DNA from: Candidatus Latescibacterota bacterium
GTDB taxonomy: Bacteria > Latescibacterota > CBDEFO01
Direction: 5' to 3'
Length of the DNA stretch: 64,000 nucleotides
NCBI GenBank assembly: GCA_965237525.1
Contig: CBDEFO010000008.1
Span: 143,607 to 207,606, forward strand
Part shown: positions 17,061 to 26,671 of the stretch, piece by piece
Numbering within the stretch: position 1 is the first letter of the stretch
Layout: the number at the start of each line of letters is the position of its first letter
Translations under genes and position numbers: made by a program
The notes under the pieces: model-generated
The model's input: the letters and a program-made list of their open reading frames with translations, nothing else
Database searches by the model: none
Told to the model about the DNA's origin: nothing

Positions 17061-18194
17061 GTGTACGACGCTATCGTCATCGGTGCAGGTGGAATGGGTA
17101 GTGGGGTGGCATATCATCTGGCTCGTTCGGGGGCAAAAATTTTAGTGCTGGAGAAATTTGAAAGGGGACATACCTTCGGCAGTTCTCACGGCTACAGCCG
17201 GGTCATCCGACTGTTCTACGATAAGAAATTCTACATTGAACTTGCCAAGGCCGCCTATAGAGAATGGCGCAGCCTGGAAAAAGCATCGGGAGTAAAGCTG
17301 CTCTTTCCCACAGGCAGCGTGCTGATTGCTCCCGAGGGACACAATTACGTCCTCACAGCGCGCGATGGTTTGGAGGCGGCAGGTGTCGAATCAGAGTGGT
17401 GGGGCAAGGAGCAACTTTCTGAACGGTTCCCTCAATTCAAAATACCGGACGGAACGAGCGTCCTCTGGCAAGAGGATACGGGCTTCCTCCACGCCTCAGA
17501 GTGCATCTTGACTCATTTAAAATTAGCTGAACAGCACGGAGCGGAAGTCAGAGAGGAGATATCTGTTGAAGGCATCGACTTTAAGGGGCATACTCCCCAA
17601 GTGATTACAAAAGAGGAGCGCTTCCGAGCCGATAAAGTCATTGTGACCGCAGGGCCGTGGGCGGGACAAATTCTCGGTGAATTAGGTCTGCCCTTGACCG
17701 TGACGCGCCAGCAGGTGGTCTATTATCGCCCAAAGGATCCAAGTCTCTTCCAGTTAGGACAGTTCCCGATCTTTGTGGACGTAACCTGGGGCGAGTTCTT
17801 CTACGGCTTTCCTGCCTTCGGACGTGAGGGAGTCAAGGTAGCGCGGCACGATATAGGTCTGGAAAAGGTATCGCCCGACACCTGCAATCGCACGCCAGAT
17901 GCCGAATATATCGAGCACCTTAGAGCATTTTTGAAAGAGCGCATCCCTGATGCAGCAGGCGATGCCATTCACGGCGAGGTCTGCCTCTACACGGAGACCC
18001 CGGATGAGGACTTTATTATAGATACGCATCCTGACTGTGCCCATATTATCATCGCTGCGGGATTCTCCGGTCACGGGTTCAAGTTCTGCAGTCTAATCGG
18101 GAAGATCCTTTCGGAGATGGCTCTGGAGGGCGGGACACATTTCGACATCCATCCACTGCGGATAGCTCGGTTCGAGACGGTTGACGGTGGTTAG
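17061..18194 (+). CDS. monomeric sarcosine oxidase / N-methyltryptophan oxidase-like FAD oxidoreductase
   Basis: YDAIVIGAGGMGSGVAYHLA dinucleotide fold. GTG start preceded by AGGAGGTGA. Confidence 0.75.
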   Translation: MYDAIVIGAGGMGSGVAYHLARSGAKILVLEKFERGHTFGSSHGYSRVIRLFYDKKFYIELAKAAYREWRSLEKASGVKLLFPTGSVLIAPEGHNYVLTARDGLEAAGVESEWWGKEQLSERFPQFKIPDGTSVLWQEDTGFLHASECILTHLKLAEQHGAEVREEISVEGIDFKGHTPQVITKEERFRADKVIVTAGPWAGQILGELGLPLTVTRQQVVYYRPKDPSLFQLGQFPIFVDVTWGEFFYGFPAFGREGVKVARHDIGLEKVSPDTCNRTPDAEYIEHLRAFLKERIPDAAGDAIHGEVCLYTETPDEDFIIDTHPDCAHIIIAAGFSGHGFKFCSLIGKILSEMALEGGTHFDIHPLRIARFETVDGG

Positions 18195-18275
18195 CATCGA
18201 TGGGGATCGAAATTCCTTGCCTACTGTATATTTGCTTAGTTCCAACTCCAAACCGCCAAGGAGCCTCTGATCAAG

Positions 18276-19079
18276 ATGGCCTATGATATTCCCACAGCAA
18301 CCCTGGGTCGCACAGGTTTGACCGTTACGCGACTTGGCATAGGGGGTGCATACTGCGAAGATGCGGACGGTTATCGAAGGGCCCTGGACTCTGGCGCAAA
18401 CTATATAGATACCGCACGCCTCTACAGAGGCGGAGAGGACGAAAAGGTCATTGGGCAGGCTATCAAAGGGAGGCGGGAGGACATCATTCTGGCTACCAAG
18501 ACGGGAAGACGCGATGCCAAAGGAGCGCGCCAAGACCTTGAGATATCCCTGAAACTGCTCGGGACAGACTACATAGACATCTGGCAGGTGCACAATCTGA
18601 ACATTCAATCCCAGCGCGAGCAAGCCTTAAGCAAAAACGGCGCGATGGAGACATTCCATAAGGCGAAGGAGGAGGGACTTATACGCTTTATGGGTGTCAC
18701 AGGCCACGACTGGGTTCAGGTGGGAGAGGCAGTCGCTACAGGTCTCTTTGACACCGTCTTGTGCTGGTATAACTGCGCTATGAGAGAGCCTGAGGAAAGT
18801 GTCTTCCCACACGCTGTGGCACACAATACTGGCGTGGTCGTTATGAACGCTTCGCGCAACGAAAAGCTCTTCAGCGACTCCGGGAATCCTGCGCCTGAAG
18901 CCTTCTACCGCTACGTTTTAAGCAATGATGCGGTCAATATGACGATTATGGCGTTGAGAAATGTTGATCTTTTCTGGCAGATAGCATCGGCCCTATCCCA
19001 GAGCACAACGATAACTCGAAAGGAGAAAGCCGAACTTGAGGAGTACGGATCAAAGATGCGGGCGGAGGGAAAGTTGTGA
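18276..19079 (+). CDS. aldo/keto reductase family oxidoreductase (short form)
   Basis: LGRTGLTVTRLGIGG and IDTARLYRGGEDE motifs. Confidence 0.8.
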   Translation: MAYDIPTATLGRTGLTVTRLGIGGAYCEDADGYRRALDSGANYIDTARLYRGGEDEKVIGQAIKGRREDIILATKTGRRDAKGARQDLEISLKLLGTDYIDIWQVHNLNIQSQREQALSKNGAMETFHKAKEEGLIRFMGVTGHDWVQVGEAVATGLFDTVLCWYNCAMREPEESVFPHAVAHNTGVVVMNASRNEKLFSDSGNPAPEAFYRYVLSNDAVNMTIMALRNVDLFWQIASALSQSTTITRKEKAELEEYGSKMRAEGKL

Positions 19080-19270
19080 TTAGATGGACAATCTTCTACA
19101 CCGCTTTGGCGCTGCTGTTCACGTTGAATGGGCCTGCCTATGCGCAGGGTCTTTTCGCACCTTATGTGGACTATGGCGATAGGGATGCTACTTATAAGAT
19201 AGAGACTATGGAGTATTTGTCTGTTATCAGCCACAGACTTCATTTTAAACGTTCTTGAGGGGGCAGAAAG

Positions 19271-22200
19271 ATGGCAAAGAAATTTGAGTTTTTAGAAGTA
19301 TTTATGGGGATAGTTCTGCTATCCTTTGTAAGCGCCAATGCGGCTGTAATCAGTGATGTTAAGGTCTGCAATCTTAGAGGAGGGAGGGCTGCGACGATTA
19401 CGTGGCTTACCGACGTTGCGGCAACAGGGGAAGATAGCGTACTTGTAACCAATACTTCCATCTCTCTGGATACTGTGTTCACTGCGTCCAGAATCGGTTT
19501 CAACACTCACGCCGTGGATATAAGTGGTTTAACTCCCAGTAGCACAGGTTATTCATTTTTTATAGTATCTGAGGGAGCCACAAGCAGTGGTACATTTGAT
19601 ACTCCGACTGAGTTCGCCAACGCTCCACAGACAACCACTGTGAAGGTGCTTAACAAGGATGGCACGGATGCTGAGGGAGCTCTGGTTCCTGCGATTGTGA
19701 CCGACCTTTCCTTAGCTGGTCCTCCTTTCAATATCAGGTTACCCTCTTTGCCTATATGTGGCATTACTGGTTCAACTGGCATAGCCGTTCTTTCTTTGGA
19801 TTTAGCAGTCAAGGAAAACGGTCTGGGCAATATGGCGTTTAACCCGTCGTCTGCCGGTGGATTTGAAGTCACGCTTGAGGCAAAGGACGGCAAGGGCAAT
19901 AGCGCTTCGTCCGGTGCTCTCGTCACACCTATAAATCTGAATGTCAATATAGACACTCTCCAATTGGCTTCTCCGACCATCCCTATAATTAATGTCTCTC
20001 CTAGTTCACTAGATTTCGGCCTCGTGCAGGTTGCAAGCTCTAAAAGGGATACTGTGACTTTAAAGAGCGTAGGCGGAGATACGCTGAAAATTAACGGGCT
20101 TTCAGGCGTTGAGCTGCCATTTAGCATCGTATCGCCGGTCACACTGCCAGATACGCTTGCGCCAAATTCCTTGACAAATGTCGTTGTAGAATTTAGTCCT
20201 ACCACTGCCGGTTCTTTCCTGGATACTCTGGTCGTTACAAGCAACGATACTACGAACGCCATCTTAAATATACCTTTAAGCGGCTCTTCGAGCTTCCAGC
20301 TCGTTATCAACGAGGTACTGTTCAATCCGGGGATGTTGGACGCCAACAGGGACGGCACAGTTTCCGATACGGAAGATGAGTTTATAGAAATACTTAACAA
20401 CGGACTCAATACGATGGACATAGGAGGATGGACGTTAAGCGACATCAGTGCAGCGGCCCCCTTTGCCTTTCCTGGAGGCACTACGATAGTTCCGGGAGAA
20501 TTTATAGTCCTTTTCGGAGATACGACTGGAGCCACAGGATTTACAGGACAGATCTTCTCAGATCCCGACAACCTCATCGGGGACGGACTATCCGAGCCGC
20601 CGGGAGACCCAGATGGAGTCGTGCTCAAGACATCAGGAGGCGTCACGGTCGATTCTGTGTTCTCATCCTCTCCTCCCACAGGAAAGTCACTGGTGAGGAT
20701 TCCCGATGGGATAGGTGCTTTTGGCGACCACGACAGCCCAAATGCTATCGCCAAGATCTCCCCCGGCGAACCCAGAGTTGGGCTTTCGTCTATAGCGACG
20801 CCTGATTCCATAGAAATTCCGGCGGGATTGACGGCGCAGCTGAGCGCATTAGGGTTCTTTTCCCCTGATTCCACCAATATTACAGACCTGGTGATCTGGT
20901 CGAGTTCAGATACAAGTATAGCCGTTGTGGACGATTCTGGAAAGGTAACTGCCAAAACGCAGGCTTCCTATCCGCAGACGACGTATATAAGGGCGAATAT
21001 TTTCGATCTTGCAGATTCAACAAAGGTCAAGGTGATCGTTCCTCTGGCACCTGTTATGACATCTATTAATCCCACTTCTGGCACGGAATTAGGCGGTACG
21101 TCTGTGACGATAGCAGGGAACAATTTCCGGAGCGGAGCGACTGTGACTTTTGGTGATACTGCAGCCGCAGGTGTGGGCGTAGCCTCCTCTGATACTATTA
21201 GTGCTACTACTCCCACTCACCCTGTCGGGACTGTGGATATAATAATCACAAATCCCAGTGGCCTGGCAGACACCCTCTTTGGTGGATTTACTTTTAGCGT
21301 CAATCCTGTTGTGACATCTATTGATCCTACTTCTGGCACGGAATTGGGGGGCACATCTGTTACGATAACAGGTAGCGGTTTCAAAATCGGAGGGACTGTT
21401 GCTTTCGATGATAGCACAGCCACATCAGATACAGTAGTCTCGGATAGCAATATTACGGCTGTGATTCCTGCTCATCCTGTTGGGACTGTACATGTGATAG
21501 TTACAAATCCCGACGGTCAAGCAGACACGCTCTCTAACGGATTTACTTTTGTTTCTATTGACGCTATAACCGATACTGTCTCCTTTGACGCTGTGGGAGA
21601 TAGGGCGGCTATTGAGATTGTGATAGATACTGTCAAGGCCAGCGCGGGCGCGCCGTTTTTGGAGGATAGTCTTTTGGCTGTGAGTTATAACGTCACAGGG
21701 GTACTTAATCCTTTTGTCGCCAAGGTCTTTGATGCCAGCGGCAGTGAGCCGGGGGTGGCGTTGACAAGTAAGGTGATAGATCCTGCTGGAGGTCTCAGTC
21801 AACTCGTATCGGACGGCTTCACAAGGTTTGAGGATGGACGAGTCAGTTTAGGAATCACTCAGGGACAAACTCTGTTTATAGCTATGGAGTTATCTTCTGC
21901 TGCGGGTCCTTCGATAGGTGTGAATAGCGGTCTTGATCCGAGCAAGAGTTGGACATACGATGAGATCGGAGGAGTTACGCGGTGGAGGCGGAGTTCCGAT
22001 TTCGGAATAACAGGTGATAGAGGATTTATGATACGGACAGTGACGGGGATTATGGGGGATGTGTCAAAGTTTCCTCCTGGCAGAGGAATATCAGACGGAG
22101 AGATTGGGACGGAAGATTTGGACTTCGTGGTAGATGTAGTTCTTAGCAGGATTTCTGAATCTGGTGTATCGGATGTGATATCAGGAGCGGATAGAGTTAC

Positions 22201-22294
22201 GAGATTCCTTATGGATGCAGTGGACGGAAGAGGAGATGGGGCTGACGGCATAGTTAATCTTTTCGATATCCTGTTTGTTGTTGATAGGCTCTGA
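19271..22294 (+). CDS. large secreted surface protein: conserved paralogous N-terminal module, Ig-like domains, lamin-tail domain, two IPT/TIG domains, C-terminal dockerin-like segment; no T9SS sorting domain
   Basis: Signal peptide. N-terminal 230 aa paralogous to the 50647 and 53021 proteins. LTD motif INEVLFNPG...EFIEILN...GGWTLSD. IPT repeats INPTSGTELGGTSVTI.... C-terminus resembles dockerin repeats (ISDGEIGTEDLDFVVDVVLS / DGRGDGADGIVNLFDILFVV). Confidence 0.7.
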   Translation: MAKKFEFLEVFMGIVLLSFVSANAAVISDVKVCNLRGGRAATITWLTDVAATGEDSVLVTNTSISLDTVFTASRIGFNTHAVDISGLTPSSTGYSFFIVSEGATSSGTFDTPTEFANAPQTTTVKVLNKDGTDAEGALVPAIVTDLSLAGPPFNIRLPSLPICGITGSTGIAVLSLDLAVKENGLGNMAFNPSSAGGFEVTLEAKDGKGNSASSGALVTPINLNVNIDTLQLASPTIPIINVSPSSLDFGLVQVASSKRDTVTLKSVGGDTLKINGLSGVELPFSIVSPVTLPDTLAPNSLTNVVVEFSPTTAGSFLDTLVVTSNDTTNAILNIPLSGSSSFQLVINEVLFNPGMLDANRDGTVSDTEDEFIEILNNGLNTMDIGGWTLSDISAAAPFAFPGGTTIVPGEFIVLFGDTTGATGFTGQIFSDPDNLIGDGLSEPPGDPDGVVLKTSGGVTVDSVFSSSPPTGKSLVRIPDGIGAFGDHDSPNAIAKISPGEPRVGLSSIATPDSIEIPAGLTAQLSALGFFSPDSTNITDLVIWSSSDTSIAVVDDSGKVTAKTQASYPQTTYIRANIFDLADSTKVKVIVPLAPVMTSINPTSGTELGGTSVTIAGNNFRSGATVTFGDTAAAGVGVASSDTISATTPTHPVGTVDIIITNPSGLADTLFGGFTFSVNPVVTSIDPTSGTELGGTSVTITGSGFKIGGTVAFDDSTATSDTVVSDSNITAVIPAHPVGTVHVIVTNPDGQADTLSNGFTFVSIDAITDTVSFDAVGDRAAIEIVIDTVKASAGAPFLEDSLLAVSYNVTGVLNPFVAKVFDASGSEPGVALTSKVIDPAGGLSQLVSDGFTRFEDGRVSLGITQGQTLFIAMELSSAAGPSIGVNSGLDPSKSWTYDEIGGVTRWRRSSDFGITGDRGFMIRTVTGIMGDVSKFPPGRGISDGEIGTEDLDFVVDVVLSRISESGVSDVISGADRVTRFLMDAVDGRGDGADGIVNLFDILFVVDRL

Positions 22295-22758
22295 TATTTA
22301 GATTAAGTCCGTTATATTTTCTCTACTGTAAGACAGTTCTGTAGCCAGAAACGTCATCTATATCTAAGAGAAGGATGATTCTTAAAAGTACTATGCAGTT
22401 TTGGGTTGACTTCTGGACGCTCGGGGTAATATTTTGCAGGATACACAGACGGATTACACTTTCTGATATTGACGGAGTAGGCTTTTTCCCATATGCAAAA
22501 GGAAGGGATTTCAAGGTCATGTTTGTGGCATAACCATGAACCCCAATAAACTATGGCTTATTTCGGGATCTTGCGTGAGGATTGTGTCAGTTTGGATCGT
22601 TGCTTCACGCCATAGGATTTGATGGATCATTGATTCTTCACGGTCTTGAGGAAGCGCAGGTGGGAGAGTGCGTGACTTTCCTGCATTGAGAGCTTGTGAA
22701 TCAACTGTCTGCCGATGAGGCAGATGGGCCGAACTACAACGGAAAGGGAGGCAGCCAA

Positions 22759-24111
22759 ATGTCCGCTACAGAGCAGAACGATTCTCTGTTCCATCGCGAT
22801 TTGACTTACAACTATCCGATCATAGTGCGTGGGGAGGGGATTTACCTCTACGACAATACCGGAAAACGCTACCTGGACGGTATATCCGGTGTGAGCAACG
22901 TCATCCTGGGACACGGCCGCCAACGTATCGTAGAGGCGATGTCCGAGCAGGGCAAGACTCTGGCTTACTGCTTCTCCGGCAATTTTACCAACCAGCCAGC
23001 ATTGGACTTAGCTGAGCGCATTACGGCGCTGGCCCCTGGCGACCTCAATTACGTATACTTTGTCTCTGGAGGCTCGGAGGGCATCGAAACAGCGATCAAG
23101 ATAGCCCGCCAATACCACGTACAGCGCGGCAATAAGCAGAAGTACCAAATCATTGCTCGCTGGCGTGGCTACCACGGTGCTACGCTGGGCGCGCTGGGGG
23201 CCACGGGCCTGCCGTCATTGCGCTCCCCCTTTGCCCCATTGCTGTCCGATTTTCCGCATATAGCGCCCTGCTATCCCTACCGCTGCGCCTTTGCAGGCTG
23301 CATGGGGAAATGTAACCTGACCTGTGCCCACCAACTGGAAGAGGCAATCTTGCAGGCTGGACCGGAAAATGTCGCCGGCTTCATCGCTGAACCGGTGGTG
23401 AATGCGGGGATCGCCATTGGCGTCCCGCCGCCTGATTACTATCCACTGATCCGCGAAATATGCGACAAATACGAAATACTCTTTATTGCGGATGAAATAG
23501 TCACCGGCTTTGGCCGAACAGGAAGGTATTTTGCCATCGAGCACTGGGGCGTTGTGCCGGATATGATTGTCTTTGGCAAGGGGGTCAGCGGTGGCTATTG
23601 TCCTCTGGGCGGCGTGATCCTTCAGGAAGAAATTCGCGACAGCTTTGCCGAGAGCGGCAAACCCTTCGCCCACGTTTTCACCTATGTTGATAACCCCGTA
23701 GCTACGAGAGCCGGACTGGAGGTCCTGGACATCATAGAGGAGGAGGAGATTCTTGAGCAGGCTGCGCAGCAGGGCGAGTACCTGCTGACAAGCGCGAAAA
23801 AATTGCAAGCACATCCAAGCGTTGGTGAAATTCGCAGCAAGGGACTGATGCTCGGGATCGAACTGGTGCGCGACAGTGCGACCAAAGAGCCTTTTCCCGC
23901 GGGGCTGGGGGTCAACAAACGCATAAGCAAGATTCTGCTGGACAAGGGTTTGTCTGTGGGGGCCACCGGCGGCGGCGCGGACTGGATAAACGGTGACGAC
24001 GTGCGTCTCTATCCCCCGCTTATCATCACTCGTAGACAGATTGACGAAGCGATCAGCATCCTGGACGAGGGACTGGGTCAGTTGGAAGACGAACTTTCGC
24101 ACTCCACCTAA
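22759..24111 (+). CDS. class III pyridoxal-phosphate aminotransferase (omega/beta-amino acid aminotransferase type)
   Basis: ORF 22696-24111. Family motifs SGGSEGIETAIKIAR, ADEIVTGFGRTG and a probable PLP lysine in FGKG. Confidence 0.8.
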   Translation: MSATEQNDSLFHRDLTYNYPIIVRGEGIYLYDNTGKRYLDGISGVSNVILGHGRQRIVEAMSEQGKTLAYCFSGNFTNQPALDLAERITALAPGDLNYVYFVSGGSEGIETAIKIARQYHVQRGNKQKYQIIARWRGYHGATLGALGATGLPSLRSPFAPLLSDFPHIAPCYPYRCAFAGCMGKCNLTCAHQLEEAILQAGPENVAGFIAEPVVNAGIAIGVPPPDYYPLIREICDKYEILFIADEIVTGFGRTGRYFAIEHWGVVPDMIVFGKGVSGGYCPLGGVILQEEIRDSFAESGKPFAHVFTYVDNPVATRAGLEVLDIIEEEEILEQAAQQGEYLLTSAKKLQAHPSVGEIRSKGLMLGIELVRDSATKEPFPAGLGVNKRISKILLDKGLSVGATGGGADWINGDDVRLYPPLIITRRQIDEAISILDEGLGQLEDELSHST

Positions 24112-24390
24112 CATGCTTGCTCGCCGCGGTCACCATGACCATCTTATCTACGCTGACCCTACCCATTTCGAGGGGAGGTGGATGCAGTGTGGCTACAAAC
24201 CACAAAGTGGGTTGCATCGGACATCGTTTCTCTCCACATATCTCCTAATGTTGCACCGACCACATTCTGGCTCTATAGGGTACGTCACCGTTCTCGGCCC
24301 TCATGTTGCTCCCAGGTTTCATTCTCAGCGGGTGATAAAAAGGTAAAAGGGGTTGTGAGAAGTCAGCTATGCAATATCCTAGGCCTCTGA

Positions 24391-25689
24391 CTACCCTTTA
24401 ATCTCGGGCCAAGGATGATTCCCGGGATCAAGTAAACGGCTCGGTGCAAAATAAGGTTTGGGATAGTCGTCCGGCTCGTCGGTGATCCCAAGGATGCGGT
24501 TGACTATGCAGCGCCCGCCGTTGAACGACACGCTACTGCCAGAGCCGCACATGCCTCCAATGATGTACCGTCCTTTACCGTCAATTATGCCGACGACCGG
24601 ATATTCATCGGGCGTGTAACCGACGGTGCCGCTCCACTCGTGGGTCATGTGCAGCTGGTATGGTCCGTAATATCGCTTCATCTGGCCTGCCAGAAACTTG
24701 GTGAGGAAGCGCGAGGGCCTGTTGCGTCCGGCCTCGTGATCGGGCAAGCGGGACCCGCCAGAGCCGAATAAGACCCTCTTTCCGTAGCGGCCGGCGAAGA
24801 ACCAGGCACCGCTGATGCCGACGTGTGGCTTCATCGTCTCCGGCCCACCGTTGCCGCTGGCGGCCTGTTCCTGCAACGGGAGGATCGCGTCGTGGAATTG
24901 CTGCAGCAATCCGGGTGTGTAGGACTCGGTGGCATAAACTACGTGGCTCGTCCGGATCGGCCCGCGCTGGGTGTGGACTACGTAATGTTCGCCCTGGTCT
25001 TCCACAGAGGTTACTCTTGTGCGCGTGAACAGTTGGACAGATGTCGTGCTCAGAGCGGATTGGAGCAGGGACCAGACCCACTTGGCAGGATGCCACGATG
25101 CGGCTGCCAGTGAAAAACCGGCGTTGTGTTCAAGCTGCATGCCCGACTTGTCAAGGGCCTCTTCGGGCGTGATGTCAGTCCAGTCGGTAAAGCCGGTAGC
25201 CAGCGCCATTTTCACTGACTCTTGCAGCGATTCCTGCTCATGGCCGTCTCTGGACTGCACCCATCCAGCGCGCACATAATTGCAGTCAAAGCCCTCGGCC
25301 TCTATGGTCTTTTCGATCAGGTCAGCGTTGTTGTACGCTGCGCGGCAGTAAGCAGCGGCGAACTGTCTGGACAGTTGGTCGCGCTCGGTATCAGTCAGAT
25401 CCCGGCGGACATGGCCCAGGTTCTGGAGAACCGTGTCCCGAACCATCTTAAAGTACCTGCCCATGACGACCAGCCCTTCGTTGCGGCCGGAACTGCCGCT
25501 GGCCGGATCGTCCATCTCCAGCACGACCATGAGCCGATGTGGCGGCGCCTTTTTCGACCAGTGGTACGCCAGTGCGGCTCCTGTGAAGCCCGCGCCGATA
25601 ACTACAGTATCAGCCTCATCAGGTAAGGTTGTCGCCGGTTCCTTCTGCCACGGATGGTTTTCCAGCGGGTTGACATCCAGCAGCCACAT
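24391..25689 (-). CDS. FAD-dependent amine/amino-acid oxidase (DAO family)
   Basis: ORF 24391-25959. Likely start at MWLLDVNPLE; DTVVIGAGFTGAALAYHW dinucleotide-binding motif. Confidence 0.65.
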   Translation of the reverse strand: MWLLDVNPLENHPWQKEPATTLPDEADTVVIGAGFTGAALAYHWSKKAPPHRLMVVLEMDDPASGSSGRNEGLVVMGRYFKMVRDTVLQNLGHVRRDLTDTERDQLSRQFAAAYCRAAYNNADLIEKTIEAEGFDCNYVRAGWVQSRDGHEQESLQESVKMALATGFTDWTDITPEEALDKSGMQLEHNAGFSLAAASWHPAKWVWSLLQSALSTTSVQLFTRTRVTSVEDQGEHYVVHTQRGPIRTSHVVYATESYTPGLLQQFHDAILPLQEQAASGNGGPETMKPHVGISGAWFFAGRYGKRVLFGSGGSRLPDHEAGRNRPSRFLTKFLAGQMKRYYGPYQLHMTHEWSGTVGYTPDEYPVVGIIDGKGRYIIGGMCGSGSSVSFNGGRCIVNRILGITDEPDDYPKPYFAPSRLLDPGNHPWPEIKG

Positions 25690-26001
25690 GGGCGTGGAAG
25701 AAACCTTCCTGTCGATCGTCAGGTGCTGCATGCCCTCGGGGATGGCGACGAACATCTGATACAGGCACCATGCCAGGAAGCGGCACCATCGCAAGACGAA
25801 GGGCTGGTCCCCGTAGCGCTTCCTCACGTACGTGCCGGCCGCCTGGAAGTCAGGTTTTCGCAGCCCAATTAGCAGGCCCAGAGCGACTCTCAGGCGCCTG
25901 AACAGACTCACGCCGGATGGGGTGAGGCGTGTGTCACAGCTTTGCGCAGCCAATTCCATAGATCCTTTCAGCTACTTGAGCAATGTGGCCATGTTCTGCT
26001 T

Positions 26002-26583
26002 TCAATCCTCCAGTTGACCGCCAACTTCCAGCGCTGCCCAGAAGGCATAGTCAGCGTGGTGCACGATGGTCACGTGCAAAGATCGCTTGACCAATTCGCC
26101 CTCCCCGGAGTGGCAGCCGGCTGCGTGGCATACTTCTTCGGGCAGACTCACTGTGAGGCAAACGTGCGTGCCGTATTGCGTATGCCTAATTGCAGGGAAG
26201 CCCGAGGTGTCGGGATTCTGTTGCCAGCGCTGCTGGTTCTCTGGATCAAACTCGAAGGGCTTTCCCACATCGTGACACAGGGCGCACGCGATCAGCATGT
26301 CGCGATCTATGGGCAAGTCGGGAAACTGGCTATGAAGCGAGTCGGCCAACGCGATCGCCAGCTGCGTCACGCCGCGAATGTGGTCCGTTTGCGTGCCCGA
26401 CTTGAGGCGAGCCGTGTCAGGGTTGCCTGAGGGGCGGATCTGGTCAATGGAGGTGAACAAACTGTGACCCAGGCTGTAAGCCCACGCATCAATGACCTTG
26501 TTGCGCAGTGACTCGTCGCCGATCTGGCTCACCTCAGGCAACGAACGAATAACCGACTCTCGTAGTTTATCTGAAATCTGCAT
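26002..26583 (-). CDS. HD-domain metal-dependent hydrolase
   Basis: 193 aa; H...HDVGK motif context (ACALCHDVGKPFE). Confidence 0.55.
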   Translation of the reverse strand: MQISDKLRESVIRSLPEVSQIGDESLRNKVIDAWAYSLGHSLFTSIDQIRPSGNPDTARLKSGTQTDHIRGVTQLAIALADSLHSQFPDLPIDRDMLIACALCHDVGKPFEFDPENQQRWQQNPDTSGFPAIRHTQYGTHVCLTVSLPEEVCHAAGCHSGEGELVKRSLHVTIVHHADYAFWAALEVGGQLED

Positions 26584-26671
26584 GGCGCGCTCCGATTGAT
26601 ATGGTCTGGCCTCTCATTGTGAGAAGTCAGGGAAAACTATACATGTAAACTTCCGATGCGGGGAAAGGATT

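Noticed and set aside
19549-20955. 468-aa minus-strand ORF, plus several others (20968-21450, 53297-54046, 56030-56545, 61098-61568), inside the giant surface-protein genes
   Set aside because: They are antisense to long, domain-rich plus-strand genes with signal peptides and sorting domains; low-complexity Ser/Thr/Pro translations typical of shadow ORFs.
24605-25113. Arg-rich ORFs on both strands inside the FAD oxidase gene (24605-25096 minus strand, 24823-25113 plus strand)
   Set aside because: Typical GC-rich shadow frames of the real DAO-family gene at 24391-25689.
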